Source: Veillonella parvula (GTDB lineage: Bacteria; Bacillota; Negativicutes; Veillonellales; Veillonellaceae). From it: a DNA stretch of 64,000 nt. Positions 29,965 through 40,343 of the stretch are shown piece after piece. The stretch lies in assembly GCF_945949885.1 (NCBI RefSeq), contig NZ_CAMFFZ010000005.1, positions 13,010-77,009 on the forward strand. Reading direction: 5' to 3'. A model generated the notes under the pieces. The model made no database searches and was not told where the DNA came from. It was given only the letters and a program-made list of their open reading frames with translations. Position 1 is the first letter of the stretch. Every line of letters begins with the position of its first letter. The translations under genes and the position numbers were made by a program.

Positions 29965-30056
29965 TTGATAAGGCGGAAATCTCGATTTATAGAGATGAAT
30001 CCATGAATCGATAGGGGCGAAGCCATAAAATAAGATAAAATAATTTTTTAGAATAT

Positions 30057-30095
30057 AATAAGGCTGGCCATTATTGACCAGCCTTATTGAATCGT
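30057..30095 (+). terminator. stem-loop after nadE (weak T tail)
   Basis: AATAAGGCTGG / CCAGCCTTATT inverted repeat. Confidence 0.5.
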
Positions 30096-30150
30096 ACTTA
30101 GTTTAAATTTAATAACAATAATTATTTTATAGTTTTATAGTGGAGGTAAT

Positions 30151-31128
30151 ATGGATACAAAAATCGCTTTGATTGGTACTGGAGGAACTATTGCAGGAAA
30201 AGGTACTTCAAATACTGATTTAACAGGCTATACGGCAGGGGTGTTAGGGCTTGACGAAATCTTAGCCTCCGTACCTGGTACAAAACCGTATGGTCCTTAT
30301 ACATATACTCAGTTTAGTAATATTGAAAGCTCCGATATTACCGTAAATCACTGGTTAGAACTTTCTAAGTTGGTGCAAAAATTGGTTAATCGAGATGATA
30401 TCGGTGGTGTTGTTATTACTCATGGCACAGATAGCATGGAGGAGACGGCATATTTTCTGAATCTGACAGTTCATACAGACAAGCCAATTGTTATTACTGG
30501 ATCTATGAGACCCGCAGGTGCTATTAGTGCAGATGGGCCAATTAATTTATTGCAAGCTATCCAAGTAGCGAGAACACCATCGTCTGTAGGTAAAGGTGTG
30601 ATAGTCGTATTAAATGGCTACATTGATGGGGCAAGGGATGTATCTAAATGCAACACTACTAATGTAGCGACTTTTGATAGTCCATTAGTGGGGCATCTTG
30701 GTATTGTACAAGATGGTTTTGCCCACTATTATAAAGTGTCTACTCGACGTCATACTCAAGACTCTGTATTTGATGTGAGTAAATTGTCTGAGTTACCTCG
30801 TGTAGTTATAATGACCTGCTATGGTGGTATGGATGATATGGTGCCTATGAGTGTAGTTGCTACAAATCCTGACGGTTTAATCTTAACAGGTCTTGGTCAT
30901 GGTACAATCCCACAAAACGTACGTCAAATCACACAGAATACAAAGTTTCCAACGGTACGTGCTTCTCGTACCGGTAGTGGTATGGTATCTGCAGTGCCAC
31001 AAGATGCACTGGCAAACTATCTAGTATGTGATACTTTAAGTCCACAAAAAGCGCGTATTTTATTGATGCTAGGGCTTACAAAAACTAAAAATCTTAAAAA
31101 GTTACAACAATTCTTCTATGATTATTAA
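30151..31128 (+). CDS. L-asparaginase (type II family fold, no signal peptide)
   Basis: IGTGGTIAG catalytic Thr motif, HGTDSMEETAYFL, and 325 aa length. Confidence 0.85.
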   Translation: MDTKIALIGTGGTIAGKGTSNTDLTGYTAGVLGLDEILASVPGTKPYGPYTYTQFSNIESSDITVNHWLELSKLVQKLVNRDDIGGVVITHGTDSMEETAYFLNLTVHTDKPIVITGSMRPAGAISADGPINLLQAIQVARTPSSVGKGVIVVLNGYIDGARDVSKCNTTNVATFDSPLVGHLGIVQDGFAHYYKVSTRRHTQDSVFDVSKLSELPRVVIMTCYGGMDDMVPMSVVATNPDGLILTGLGHGTIPQNVRQITQNTKFPTVRASRTGSGMVSAVPQDALANYLVCDTLSPQKARILLMLGLTKTKNLKKLQQFFYDY

Positions 31129-31264
31129 AAGCACATAATATTTATGGAACATAATGATTCTTTGATCTAATAATTAATTTAATAAAAGTTGAGAAAATAT
31201 CTCAAAATTTAATTTGATATTCATTTTCAAGAATTATACTACATGTAACAGTTTTATATGCAAT

Positions 31265-31303
31265 AAACCGCACATTCCGATCGCCTAGGATGTGCGGTTT
31301 TCA
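31265..31303 (+). terminator. rho-independent terminator
   Basis: AACCGCACAT..CC / GGATGTGCGGTT followed by TTTCATTT. Confidence 0.8.
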
Positions 31304-31389
31304 TTTGTATTATATTTTTCATATATGAGTGGGGTGTTGAATGATAAGTTGGGGGCATTCTAGATGTTTTTGGATATCATAAGATAGGA

Positions 31390-32166
31390 TTATTCAGCTC
31401 CAATAGCATTTTCTAGTGCTCTTTGTACGCCTACATAGACGGCCTTGGCTAAAGTGTCTCCAAATAGTGAGAAGGAGCCAGCATCGGTTAAGATATCTCC
31501 ATTTGTATCGATGGTGAGAACGATACCATCTGTAGAGGTACCTGTGGCAGATGTTTTGCGTTCTTTCGTAATTGCGTCAGGAATGTCTTCATTAATAAAC
31601 GGATGGAGGCGTACGCTTTCAACATTCCAATCTTGTAGGGCTGCGGTTTTAGCTTCGGTAATCGTCATGATAGCTTTTACCATAGCGCTATCTGTTAAAG
31701 CTTTATTTGTAAATACGAGGATATTAATTGTGCCTGGTACTATGAAGTCTCCATCACGCTCTTCATAACAATAACCTGTACCTGCGCGATGTGCCGTTTT
31801 TTCATAGCCTGCAGTCACGATAGTTTCTACGATAGTATCATGTTCTTCGACTTTGGCATAGGCGTGTAGATGTATTGTGGCAGACGTGAGGAGGGCTGTA
31901 CTAAAATGAACAGGTGTATCAATGTGCTCAAATTCTTGAGCTAAATAATCGGCTACAGAGCCACCGGGTAAATCTTTTTCTGTTTCGATTTGATATGTTA
32001 GCTGCTGGTTGCGTACCGCTAGAGTATGGTGATAGCCACCATTTAATTGTCCGCTCGAAAGAGAATAGTGGATATCGTCAAAGTGTACCGTGACGGAGTG
32101 TAACTCTCTAGTTACATAGCCTCCAGTAGCGAGTTCTTGGGGTGCTTCGTATAGATTTTTGAACAT
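31390..32166 (-). CDS. CbiZ-like adenosylcobinamide amidohydrolase family protein (tentative)
   Basis: Motif pattern recalled for the CbiZ family: TAGYEKTAHRAG, PGTINILV, ITEAKTAAL, ATGTSTDGI. ATG at 32166 is preceded by GGGAGA. Confidence 0.6.
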   Translation of the reverse strand: MFKNLYEAPQELATGGYVTRELHSVTVHFDDIHYSLSSGQLNGGYHHTLAVRNQQLTYQIETEKDLPGGSVADYLAQEFEHIDTPVHFSTALLTSATIHLHAYAKVEEHDTIVETIVTAGYEKTAHRAGTGYCYEERDGDFIVPGTINILVFTNKALTDSAMVKAIMTITEAKTAALQDWNVESVRLHPFINEDIPDAITKERKTSATGTSTDGIVLTIDTNGDILTDAGSFSLFGDTLAKAVYVGVQRALENAIGAE

Positions 32167-32341
32167 GTAAGTCTCCCTAGTTTTATGATTGTTATATATG
32201 GAATATAACGATATAATATCTTTATTATCGTATTGCGAATGCATATGTAAAATTATAGCATATATGTTTACTGTTATTATATTGACATTATGTTGAGACG
32301 TATATTTGTTATTGTATAGATTTATATTATGGATGGTTATT

Positions 32342-33271
32342 ATGGCTAATTTCTTAAGTGCTGTTTCTGAATTTCTTTTTAAAGACGCTAATATATTAAT
32401 TCAAATAAGGGACTGGTTCTTTGCACAAGCTGGAAATATCTTATTAGCGTTAATTTTATTTTGGATAGGACGATATGCTATTAAATGGGTAAAAGCTTTT
32501 GCTGTTCGCATTATGACAAAAGCTTCCTATGACTCAGCAGCAATGAGCTTTATTACTCAAATTATTAATTACGCCTTGCTAGTAGGGTTAGTATTGATTT
32601 GCTTAAACCAAATTGGTATTCCTACAACATCTTTTATAGCTGCTTTTGGTGCTTTTGGTTTAGGTATTGGTCTCTCCTTACAGAATAACCTTTCTAATTT
32701 AGCATCTGGTTTATTAATTCTTATCTTCAAGCCTTTTAGAGCGGGTCACGTTATTCAGGTAGGTGATGTAGTCGGCAGTGTTAAATCAATCCAATTTATG
32801 TATACAGTTATTACTACAAAAGATCAAAAGAATGTATACATACCTAACTCTCTTCTTACATCCCAAGCTGTAACTAACATTGTTTATACTTCAGAACGCG
32901 TTATCCCATTTACGTTTGACATTGGTTATAATAATGATCATCATGAAGCAATAAAAATCTTAAAGAATATTTTTGCAGCAGATAAACGTGTCCTTAATCC
33001 GAAGAATATGGAAATAGGTATCTCTGAATTTGGAGATAATTCTGTACGAATCGCCGCTTATGCTCGTGTTAAGTCGAATGATTTCCTCGCTGTTCAATAC
33101 GGCATTATGTCTGATGTAAAAGATGCTTTTGATAAATATGGCATCGACATTCCATATCCTCAACGTGTAGTATATATTCAAAATGTAGATACATCGACAG
33201 GTGAAATTAAAGGGACAAAGAAAAAAGCAACTACTACAAATGTAGAAATAGATAATAGTCTTGAAAGTTAG
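32342..33271 (+). CDS. mscS: small-conductance mechanosensitive channel (MscS family)
   Basis: Three TM helices, then a pore helix with LQNNLSNLASGLLILIFKPFRAGHVI and a beta domain. The choice among nearby ATG starts is uncertain. Confidence 0.85.
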   Translation: MANFLSAVSEFLFKDANILIQIRDWFFAQAGNILLALILFWIGRYAIKWVKAFAVRIMTKASYDSAAMSFITQIINYALLVGLVLICLNQIGIPTTSFIAAFGAFGLGIGLSLQNNLSNLASGLLILIFKPFRAGHVIQVGDVVGSVKSIQFMYTVITTKDQKNVYIPNSLLTSQAVTNIVYTSERVIPFTFDIGYNNDHHEAIKILKNIFAADKRVLNPKNMEIGISEFGDNSVRIAAYARVKSNDFLAVQYGIMSDVKDAFDKYGIDIPYPQRVVYIQNVDTSTGEIKGTKKKATTTNVEIDNSLES

Positions 33272-33296
33272 GATACTGGAAGGTAGAACGAGAGTG

Positions 33297-34154
33297 ATGA
33301 CACTTTTAACGACGAATATTCATATGTTTTATAAGAAATTGGTATTGGCCATAACTTTTATAGGAATCGTATTTATAGGTGCTGGTGTTGCTCAAGCTGC
33401 ATACATTACACCTCCTTCTACTGTTGGTGAGGCCGTAGTCCTTATTGATGCAGATACAAAAGAAATTTTATTTGCAAAGAATCCAGATAAGTGGATGCAT
33501 CCAGCTAGTACTACGAAAATGGTTACCTTGTTAACTGCTTTAGAACTAAAGGGCACACAGCTTGATGAATTAGCTACGATAAGTAGCTATGCAACGAGCA
33601 TGGAAGAATCAAACCTTGGGATTCGCGTAGGCGATCAGATTACATTGGAAGGTGTTCTTGAAGGTATGATGGTTGCTAGTGGCAATGATGCGGCCGTTGT
33701 AGTAGCCGAAAATGTAAGTGGTTCTGTAGATAAATTTGCTAAGGATATGACTCGCATTGCTACAAAAGCGGGTGCAAAGAATAGTGTGTTCTTGAACCCT
33801 CATGGATTAACACAAAAGGGTCACCATTCTACGGCTCGTGATTTAGCGATGATTGCAGCGTACGGCATGAAATACCAAATGTTCCGTGACAAGGTTGCTA
33901 ATGATTATTACAAGGTGCCGTATCAAAATCGTGCACCAGAAACAATTCGTACTACAAACCATTTTATTCGCAATAAATATCCAGGTGCGAATGGCTTGAA
34001 AACAGGTTTTACAAATGCAGCAGGAGAATGTTTGATTGCGTCTGCCACACGGAAGGGCCATACTATGATTGTAGTTATGCTTAATGATGATAATCGTTGG
34101 GAAGAAGCTGTACAATTTCTTGATTATGGATTTAAACTCCGTGGGGTAATTTAA
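33297..34154 (+). CDS. D-alanyl-D-alanine carboxypeptidase (S11, PBP5/6-like)
   Basis: Signal/anchor helix, SxxK as PASTTKM, SGN as ASGNDAA and KTG as LKTGFT. Confidence 0.85.
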   Translation: MTLLTTNIHMFYKKLVLAITFIGIVFIGAGVAQAAYITPPSTVGEAVVLIDADTKEILFAKNPDKWMHPASTTKMVTLLTALELKGTQLDELATISSYATSMEESNLGIRVGDQITLEGVLEGMMVASGNDAAVVVAENVSGSVDKFAKDMTRIATKAGAKNSVFLNPHGLTQKGHHSTARDLAMIAAYGMKYQMFRDKVANDYYKVPYQNRAPETIRTTNHFIRNKYPGANGLKTGFTNAAGECLIASATRKGHTMIVVMLNDDNRWEEAVQFLDYGFKLRGVI

Positions 34155-34179
34155 GGACCTATTGTGTAATGGGGGACAT

Positions 34180-34770
34180 ATGAGTTCATTTTTTGCATTT
34201 TTAAAACGCATGCGCTTTATCAATCGATGGAGCCTCATGCGAAATACGGAAATAGAAAATATTCAAGAACATAGCCTTGAAGTGGCTATGGTAGCACACA
34301 ACTTAGGGGCCATAAAAAATGAATACTTCGGTGGGAATGTAGATATCAATAAGGTAGCTGTCATAGCTATGTATCATGAGGTGAGCGAAATCTTTACAGG
34401 AGATATGCCGACACCAATCAAGTATTTTGATCCAAAGTTGCGGGAGCTGTATGGTGAGGTTGAAACTTTGGCGCAAGAAAAAATGCTATCAACCTTGCCA
34501 GACCGGTTACAATCTGTTTATAAGCCTATACTTGTTGATGCAGAGGCTAGTCCAGAATGGCCTCTCGTTAAGGCTGCCGATATAATTTCAGCCTATATGA
34601 AATGTGTCAAAGAGCTCAAGGCAGGGAATGATGAGTTTAAAGAGGCACATGACTCTATCTTAGCTAAGTTGAAAAATCTAAATATGCCTGAGGTAGATAT
34701 GTTTCTTGAAATATATCTACCTGCTCTTGGTAAGAGTTTGGATGAGTTGAACTATTACGAAATTAAATAA
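34180..34770 (+). CDS. yfbR: HD-domain 5'-deoxynucleotidase (YfbR family)
   Basis: FLKRMRFINRWSLMRNTEIENIQEHSLEVAMVAH and MYHEVSEIFTGD are HD-domain metal ligands in the YfbR pattern. Confidence 0.85.
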   Translation: MSSFFAFLKRMRFINRWSLMRNTEIENIQEHSLEVAMVAHNLGAIKNEYFGGNVDINKVAVIAMYHEVSEIFTGDMPTPIKYFDPKLRELYGEVETLAQEKMLSTLPDRLQSVYKPILVDAEASPEWPLVKAADIISAYMKCVKELKAGNDEFKEAHDSILAKLKNLNMPEVDMFLEIYLPALGKSLDELNYYEIK

Positions 34771-34775
34771 TTACT

Positions 34776-34855
34776 AAAAGAGACGACTTCTTGAACTGAA
34801 CCCCCAAAATTGGGCACAATTTTGGGGGTTCAGTTCATTTTGGCCGTCTCTTTTT
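34776..34855. terminator. nested, very stable bidirectional terminator hairpin
   Basis: The outer stem AAAAGAGACG/CGTCTCTTTT encloses a perfect 20-bp stem GAACTGAACCCCCAAAATTG / CAATTTTGGGGGTTCAGTTC with a 4-nt loop. Lies between convergent yfbR and queG. Confidence 0.8.
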
Positions 34856-34965
34856 GATTCTAAAAATTTGTAGATTATTTTGCTAATGCTTTATCAAATT
34901 TTTGTTAGTTTGCTTAATAAAAATTATTATAAGTGTATTTGTTAATTATTATGTCTTATTGAGTG

Positions 34966-35850
34966 TTATAGTTTACTTTTTCTATCTATAATCTCTTGAT
35001 TTCTCATTAGTGTTTTTTTACCTCGCCATGAGAAGGCTCGACGACCGTATTTTGCTTTGAATTCTTTGTTCGTTAGTGCTTCTAGTTCGTCTATATTGAC
35101 ATACGGCTCTATCTGTTGAAATTCAGGGATAGGCGTAGTTGGGATATCTTTATTGTGAGGACACACTTCTTGGCATACATCACAACCAAATACGAGTGGA
35201 GTTTTAGCGAGGATATTTTCCTCTTCATCAGTGAGTTCTCCTTTTTTCTGCGTCAAGAAGCTTTTACAAGTGTTGTATTTAAAATCGTCATGACCTAAAC
35301 ATTGACCTAAGCACGCTGTAATACAACGATTGCATCCCATGCAGGACTGCTCAAGGGGGGGATTTGGCTCGAGCTCTAGTGTTGTTAAAATTGTGCCAAT
35401 AACGACATAAGAACCCCACTTAGGACTGATAAAACAGTTGTTTTTTCCATAAAAGCCGAGACCTGCCAAGTAGGCCATGTACCGATCGGCTAAAGGAGAG
35501 GTATCGCAATGAATGGAGAACTGAGCCGAGTCATCAATTATTTGTAATCTTTCAATAAGACGTTCTAAATATTCATTAATGATTAGGTGATAATCTGTAG
35601 ACCATGTATAGCGAGATAGATTGAATTGGCCTTTGTGTTCTACATGGTATGGGAATAGACAAACGATGGCACTTTTCGGTATGAATTGTTTCGTTCCTAG
35701 TAGCCTTGCTTCTACATCTGCCGTAGTGAAGGGGCATGGGTTGCTTTCAAATAAAATAGTTTTGGCTTGTTCAGGCAGTGGCCATGAGGCAATTCCAAAT
35801 TCATAAATATGTAATTCTTTGCAAATTTCCTGTAAATTTATATCTTTCAT
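34966..35850 (-). CDS. queG: epoxyqueuosine reductase (QueG family, short form)
   Basis: DUF1730-like N-terminus, GFYGKNNCFISPKWGSYVVIG, and two 4Fe-4S motifs CMGCNRCITAC and FGCDVCQEVCPHN. Confidence 0.78.
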   Translation of the reverse strand: MKDINLQEICKELHIYEFGIASWPLPEQAKTILFESNPCPFTTADVEARLLGTKQFIPKSAIVCLFPYHVEHKGQFNLSRYTWSTDYHLIINEYLERLIERLQIIDDSAQFSIHCDTSPLADRYMAYLAGLGFYGKNNCFISPKWGSYVVIGTILTTLELEPNPPLEQSCMGCNRCITACLGQCLGHDDFKYNTCKSFLTQKKGELTDEEENILAKTPLVFGCDVCQEVCPHNKDIPTTPIPEFQQIEPYVNIDELEALTNKEFKAKYGRRAFSWRGKKTLMRNQEIIDRKSKL

Positions 35851-36005
35851 CGTAGATTTAGTGGTAAATAATTGGTAAAATAAAAGTATAAGAAATGCGT
35901 GAGATTCTATAGAACTTTATTATGTTTGTAGTTTGGTGATAACTGTATTTTTATAGTTAGCACCGTAATTCTGTTAGTATTAGTATATCATTGAGAGGAC
36001 AGATT

Positions 36006-36788
36006 ATGTTAGCATTTATGAAAGTATTACAACCGAAGACGGTGGAAGAGGCTTATGAATTAGCCACAAAGAACAAAACTGCTCCTATGCTAGCAGGCGG
36101 CTGTTGGCTGCGTCTAGGACGACGAACTTGGCCATCAGTGATTGATATGGCAGGTCTTGATTTGCGTTATGTTCGTGAAGAAGATAAGGAGTTTGTAATT
36201 GGCGCTATGGCGACACAAGGAGATGTGGAACGCTTTGAGCCTTTACAACAATTCTGCGGCGGTGCCGTAGTTAAAGGCGTTAAGGAGATTCTTGGCGTTC
36301 AATTTAGGAATACTGCTACCATGGGCGGTTCTGTAGCAAGTAAATTTGGCTTCTCAGATATCATTCCTGCTTTATTGGCAGTACATGCAGACATCGTAAC
36401 CTTTAAAGGTGGTCGTATGTCCATGCAAGACTATATGAAATATAGAGAACGTGATATTCTCGTGGAAATTCGCATCCCTAAAGTAGATGTACCTGTAGCT
36501 GTTGAAGCTCTTCGCATCTCTCGTGGCGACTTCCCATTATTAACAGGTGCTCTTCGCCATGACGAAAAAGGCGTTGAATTATACATCGGCACAAGACCTG
36601 GTACACCTCAATTAGCAGAAAAAGCAAGTGCTTTGCTTTCAGAAAGAGGATTATCTGCCGCAAAAGAGGCAGCTCAATTGGCATCTGAAGAACTAGTGTA
36701 TCAATCTAACTCTCATGCGTCCAAAGAATATCGCATGGAGATGGTAAAAGCAATGGTTCAACGCTTAGCTAAGGAGGTGGCACAATAA
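36006..36788 (+). CDS. molybdenum hydroxylase FAD-binding (medium) subunit
   Basis: CoxM/XdhB-like FAD_binding_5 pattern (LAGGCWL, ATMGGS). First gene of the three-subunit operon. Confidence 0.85.
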   Translation: MLAFMKVLQPKTVEEAYELATKNKTAPMLAGGCWLRLGRRTWPSVIDMAGLDLRYVREEDKEFVIGAMATQGDVERFEPLQQFCGGAVVKGVKEILGVQFRNTATMGGSVASKFGFSDIIPALLAVHADIVTFKGGRMSMQDYMKYRERDILVEIRIPKVDVPVAVEALRISRGDFPLLTGALRHDEKGVELYIGTRPGTPQLAEKASALLSERGLSAAKEAAQLASEELVYQSNSHASKEYRMEMVKAMVQRLAKEVAQ

Positions 36789-37240
36789 TGGAACTCGTAC
36801 TTAATATTAATAACAAAAATGTAACTGTTAATGTGCCAACTGATGAGATGTTGTTAGATACATTGCGCAATCTTGGCTATTACAGTGTCCGCTGTGGCTG
36901 TGACACCACAAACTGTGGCCTTTGCACTGTATGGGTGGATGATGAAATTATTTTGTCTTGTGCTTATCCTACATTTCGTGCGCCAGGCCATAAGATTACT
37001 ACATTAGAAGGTTTACAAGAGGAAGCTGAATTATTGGCGGCTTGTATCGCAAGTGAAGGCGCAGATCAGTGTGGTTTTTGTACAACTGGCATGATGATGA
37101 GTGCTATCAATTTGAAACGCAAAAATCCAAAGGCTAGCGATGATGAAATTCGCGAATACCTTATAGGTAACTTGTGCCGCTGTACTGGTTATGAATCACA
37201 ACTTCGAGGAGTTCGTAAATTCTTAGAAGGAGGCCTATAA
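36788..37240 (+). CDS. molybdenum hydroxylase [2Fe-2S] (small) subunit
   Basis: Two 2Fe-2S clusters: CGCDTTNCGLC...C and CGFCTTGM...CRCTGY. Start overlaps the upstream stop. Confidence 0.9.
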   Translation: MELVLNINNKNVTVNVPTDEMLLDTLRNLGYYSVRCGCDTTNCGLCTVWVDDEIILSCAYPTFRAPGHKITTLEGLQEEAELLAACIASEGADQCGFCTTGMMMSAINLKRKNPKASDDEIREYLIGNLCRCTGYESQLRGVRKFLEGGL

Positions 37241-39537
37241 TGATGAACAAGCATATTGGTAAATCCTATGACAAAGTTGACTCAAAAGGTATTTTGTCTG
37301 GTAAACCGTCTTATACTGGCGATTTTGTTCCCAAAGATGCGCTTGTTATTAAGGTTCTTCGTAGCCCTCATGCTCAAGCGCGCATCAAATCTATTGATAC
37401 ATCTAAAGCTAAATTGATCCCTGGCATAGAAGCTATTTTTACTTATGAAGATGTGCCTAATACGCGATTCACATTAGCAGGTCAAACATATCCAGAGCCA
37501 TCCGCTTATGATGCGCTCATCTTGGACTCTGTAGTTCGTTATGTTGGAGACGAAGTAGCTCTCATCGTAGCAAAAGATGAAGCTACAGCGCTTAAAGCAA
37601 TGCCACTTATCAAGGTTGAATACGAAGTACAGAAACCTGTACTTGATATGCACACTGCTATCGACCATGAAACTATAGTACATCCTGAGGATGATATTCA
37701 TAACAATATCCCCGTAGGTCAAGATTACAAACGCAATATTTGCGTATCCTATCACAAACGGGTAGGAGATGTGGAAGCAGAACTCGCTAAATGTGATTAC
37801 GTGGCAGAAGGTACATACTTTGATCAGGCCACACGCCAAACAGCGATGGAACCATTCCAAAGCTTTGGATATATAGATGCGCTAGGTCGTGTAGTTATTG
37901 TATCCTCCACGCAAATCGTATTCCATGTACGCCGTCACATCGCTCGTGCACTCGGTATTCCGGCTACAAAAGTCCGTGTAATTAAGCCTCGTATCGGCGG
38001 CGGCTTCGGTTCTAAACAAACAGCTTGTACAGAAATTATGACAGCTTTCGTAGCGTGGACACTAAAAAAACCTTGTTATCTTTTATACGATCGTACAGAA
38101 GCACAAACTTGCTCCACTACACGTCATGCTCGTGAATGGAAAATCCGTGTAGGTGCTACGAAAGATGGCATTATTAAAGTTATTGATATGGACTCCATCA
38201 CAGCCGCTGGGGCACATGCAACTCATTGCTTCACTACTACAACGGCTGGTGAACATAAATCTGTACCGTTGTACAACAAAGCGACTGCTGTTCATTATGG
38301 TACAGAAGGTGTGTATACTAACCAAACTCCGGGAGGTGCTTTCCGTGGGTACGGTGCAACAGAAGCATTGTGGCCATTAGAGTGTGCAGTAAACCAGTTA
38401 GCCGACAAAATGGGGATTGATCCAGCTGAATTACGTCAGAAGAACTTAATAGCGGAAGGTGAACAAAGCTTAGTATATGCTCCAGATGAATATCTTGATT
38501 CTGGTCTTTTCCAAGATACTGTAAATCGTGTAAAAGAAATGGCTCGTTGGGATGAACGCCCTCATTCTTGGGACATCGATGAGCGCTATCGCGGTGGACT
38601 TGGCATGGCTTTAGCATTACAAGGCTCTGGTGTCGCAAATATCGACGTAGCATCTGTTGAAATCCGACTTGGTGACGATGGCAATTATACATTGTATACT
38701 GGATCTTCTGATATGGGCATGGGGTCTAATACCGTATTAACTCAAATGGCCTGTGAAGTAATAGGTTGTCCTATGGAATATATGACTGTTATTGAATCAG
38801 ATACAGATATCGTACCATTCGATCCAGGGTCCTACGCATCTAGTACAACCTATGTAACGGGTACTGCTGCTAAGATGGCTGCAGAAGAGTTACGCACTAA
38901 GATTATTGCTAAATTTGCTCAATTCTTTGAAACCGACGTTGAGAACGTTGACTTTGACGGCGTTGTAGCTACCACGAAAGACGGCTCCAAAACAATGGAT
39001 ATACATCAATTGGCACCAAAATTATTAGTTGGTGCTAATGCGGAGCAATTGTCTGGTTTCGCTACATGGGGCAGTCATACGTCTCCACCTCCATTTATGG
39101 CATCTATTGCTGAGGTAAAGGTAGATAAACAAACAGGTAAGGTTATTCCTCTTCATTTCTATTCTTGTGTTGATTGCGGTACTGTTATCAACCCTAAATT
39201 GGCTCGCGTTCAAGTTGAGGGTGGTGTGGTACAAGCTATCGGGATGGCTTTATATGAAGATGTACGCTATTCCAACAATGGTCGTTTGGAAACAAATAAT
39301 CTTATGACTTATAAAATCCCAACCCGTCAGGATATTGGTGAATTACATACAGACTTTGTAGAATCTTACGAGCCTACAGGTGGCTTCGGCGCTAAATCTA
39401 TTGGTGAGGTTGTCATCAATACGGGGTGCCCTGCGATCCAACATGCCATTAAAAATGCAGTTGGTGCGGATATTCGTACATTACCTATGACACCTGAGAA
39501 GGTATTTATGGCTATGGACGAGAAATATAAAGTATAG
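37240..39537 (+). CDS. molybdenum hydroxylase molybdopterin-binding (large) subunit, xanthine dehydrogenase family
   Basis: 765 aa with GGGFG motif (PRIGGGFGSKQ), GAFRGYG and C-terminal ..GAKSIGE. Confidence 0.9.
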   Translation: MMNKHIGKSYDKVDSKGILSGKPSYTGDFVPKDALVIKVLRSPHAQARIKSIDTSKAKLIPGIEAIFTYEDVPNTRFTLAGQTYPEPSAYDALILDSVVRYVGDEVALIVAKDEATALKAMPLIKVEYEVQKPVLDMHTAIDHETIVHPEDDIHNNIPVGQDYKRNICVSYHKRVGDVEAELAKCDYVAEGTYFDQATRQTAMEPFQSFGYIDALGRVVIVSSTQIVFHVRRHIARALGIPATKVRVIKPRIGGGFGSKQTACTEIMTAFVAWTLKKPCYLLYDRTEAQTCSTTRHAREWKIRVGATKDGIIKVIDMDSITAAGAHATHCFTTTTAGEHKSVPLYNKATAVHYGTEGVYTNQTPGGAFRGYGATEALWPLECAVNQLADKMGIDPAELRQKNLIAEGEQSLVYAPDEYLDSGLFQDTVNRVKEMARWDERPHSWDIDERYRGGLGMALALQGSGVANIDVASVEIRLGDDGNYTLYTGSSDMGMGSNTVLTQMACEVIGCPMEYMTVIESDTDIVPFDPGSYASSTTYVTGTAAKMAAEELRTKIIAKFAQFFETDVENVDFDGVVATTKDGSKTMDIHQLAPKLLVGANAEQLSGFATWGSHTSPPPFMASIAEVKVDKQTGKVIPLHFYSCVDCGTVINPKLARVQVEGGVVQAIGMALYEDVRYSNNGRLETNNLMTYKIPTRQDIGELHTDFVESYEPTGGFGAKSIGEVVINTGCPAIQHAIKNAVGADIRTLPMTPEKVFMAMDEKYKV

Positions 39538-39578
39538 AGATTTCTAGTTCCTTTTACTTTCTAAGGAGGCCTGGTTCT

Positions 39579-40337
39579 ATGACATCACAAACATCCTATT
39601 GGAATCGATTGATTCAGCCGGGAATCGTTGCCCTTGTTGGGGCAGGCGGTAAAACGACTGTGCTTTCAAAACTAGTAGAATATGGACGGCTGAAAGGTCA
39701 GCCAATCGTAGTTACGACTACAACTCGACTCTATGAATCTCAGGTGGCTCATTATGAACCGATTTATACTCGTAATATTAATGAAGCTGATGAATATTGT
39801 ACTGACCGACTTTTACGTGGCTATTGTGGTGCGTGGTTCGCTGGAATTACAGGAACAAAAGTAGACTCCTTAGATTGTGATCTTATCGATGGTTTATCCA
39901 AGTTACATCCCAATTGGCAAATTGTTGTAGAAGCAGATGGGGCGAAGGAAAAATGGCTCAAGGCACCTAAGACGACCGAACCTGTCATTCCATCTCTTAC
40001 AAAGACTACGATTGGCCTCGTAAATCTACAAATGCTAGGGGCCCCATTAGATGATGAGCACGTACATAATATCGAGCTCGTTCAAGATATCGTAAAACGC
40101 GATATGGGGGCTATTGTAACTCCGCGTATGTTGGCTGATCTTGTTTTGCATAAACAAGGTTTATTCCAATATAGTAAAGGCAAGAAAATACTGTTCTGTA
40201 CTGGTTATGAAACAGTGCAACATCGCATTATCGATGATTTTATTGATCATATTGTTGATAGCGATATTACGGCTATCATTTTGGCTGATGGATATAAAGC
40301 AAGTTGTGAAATCCGTCGCATTATTCAATGTCGGTAG
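39579..40337 (+). CDS. yqeC: YqeC-family selenium-dependent hydroxylase accessory protein
   Basis: VALVGAGGKTT P-loop near the N-terminus, about 250 aa. Position matches the selenium-dependent molybdenum hydroxylase marker set. Confidence 0.75.
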   Translation: MTSQTSYWNRLIQPGIVALVGAGGKTTVLSKLVEYGRLKGQPIVVTTTTRLYESQVAHYEPIYTRNINEADEYCTDRLLRGYCGAWFAGITGTKVDSLDCDLIDGLSKLHPNWQIVVEADGAKEKWLKAPKTTEPVIPSLTKTTIGLVNLQMLGAPLDDEHVHNIELVQDIVKRDMGAIVTPRMLADLVLHKQGLFQYSKGKKILFCTGYETVQHRIIDDFIDHIVDSDITAIILADGYKASCEIRRIIQCR

Positions 40338-40343
40338 GTACTC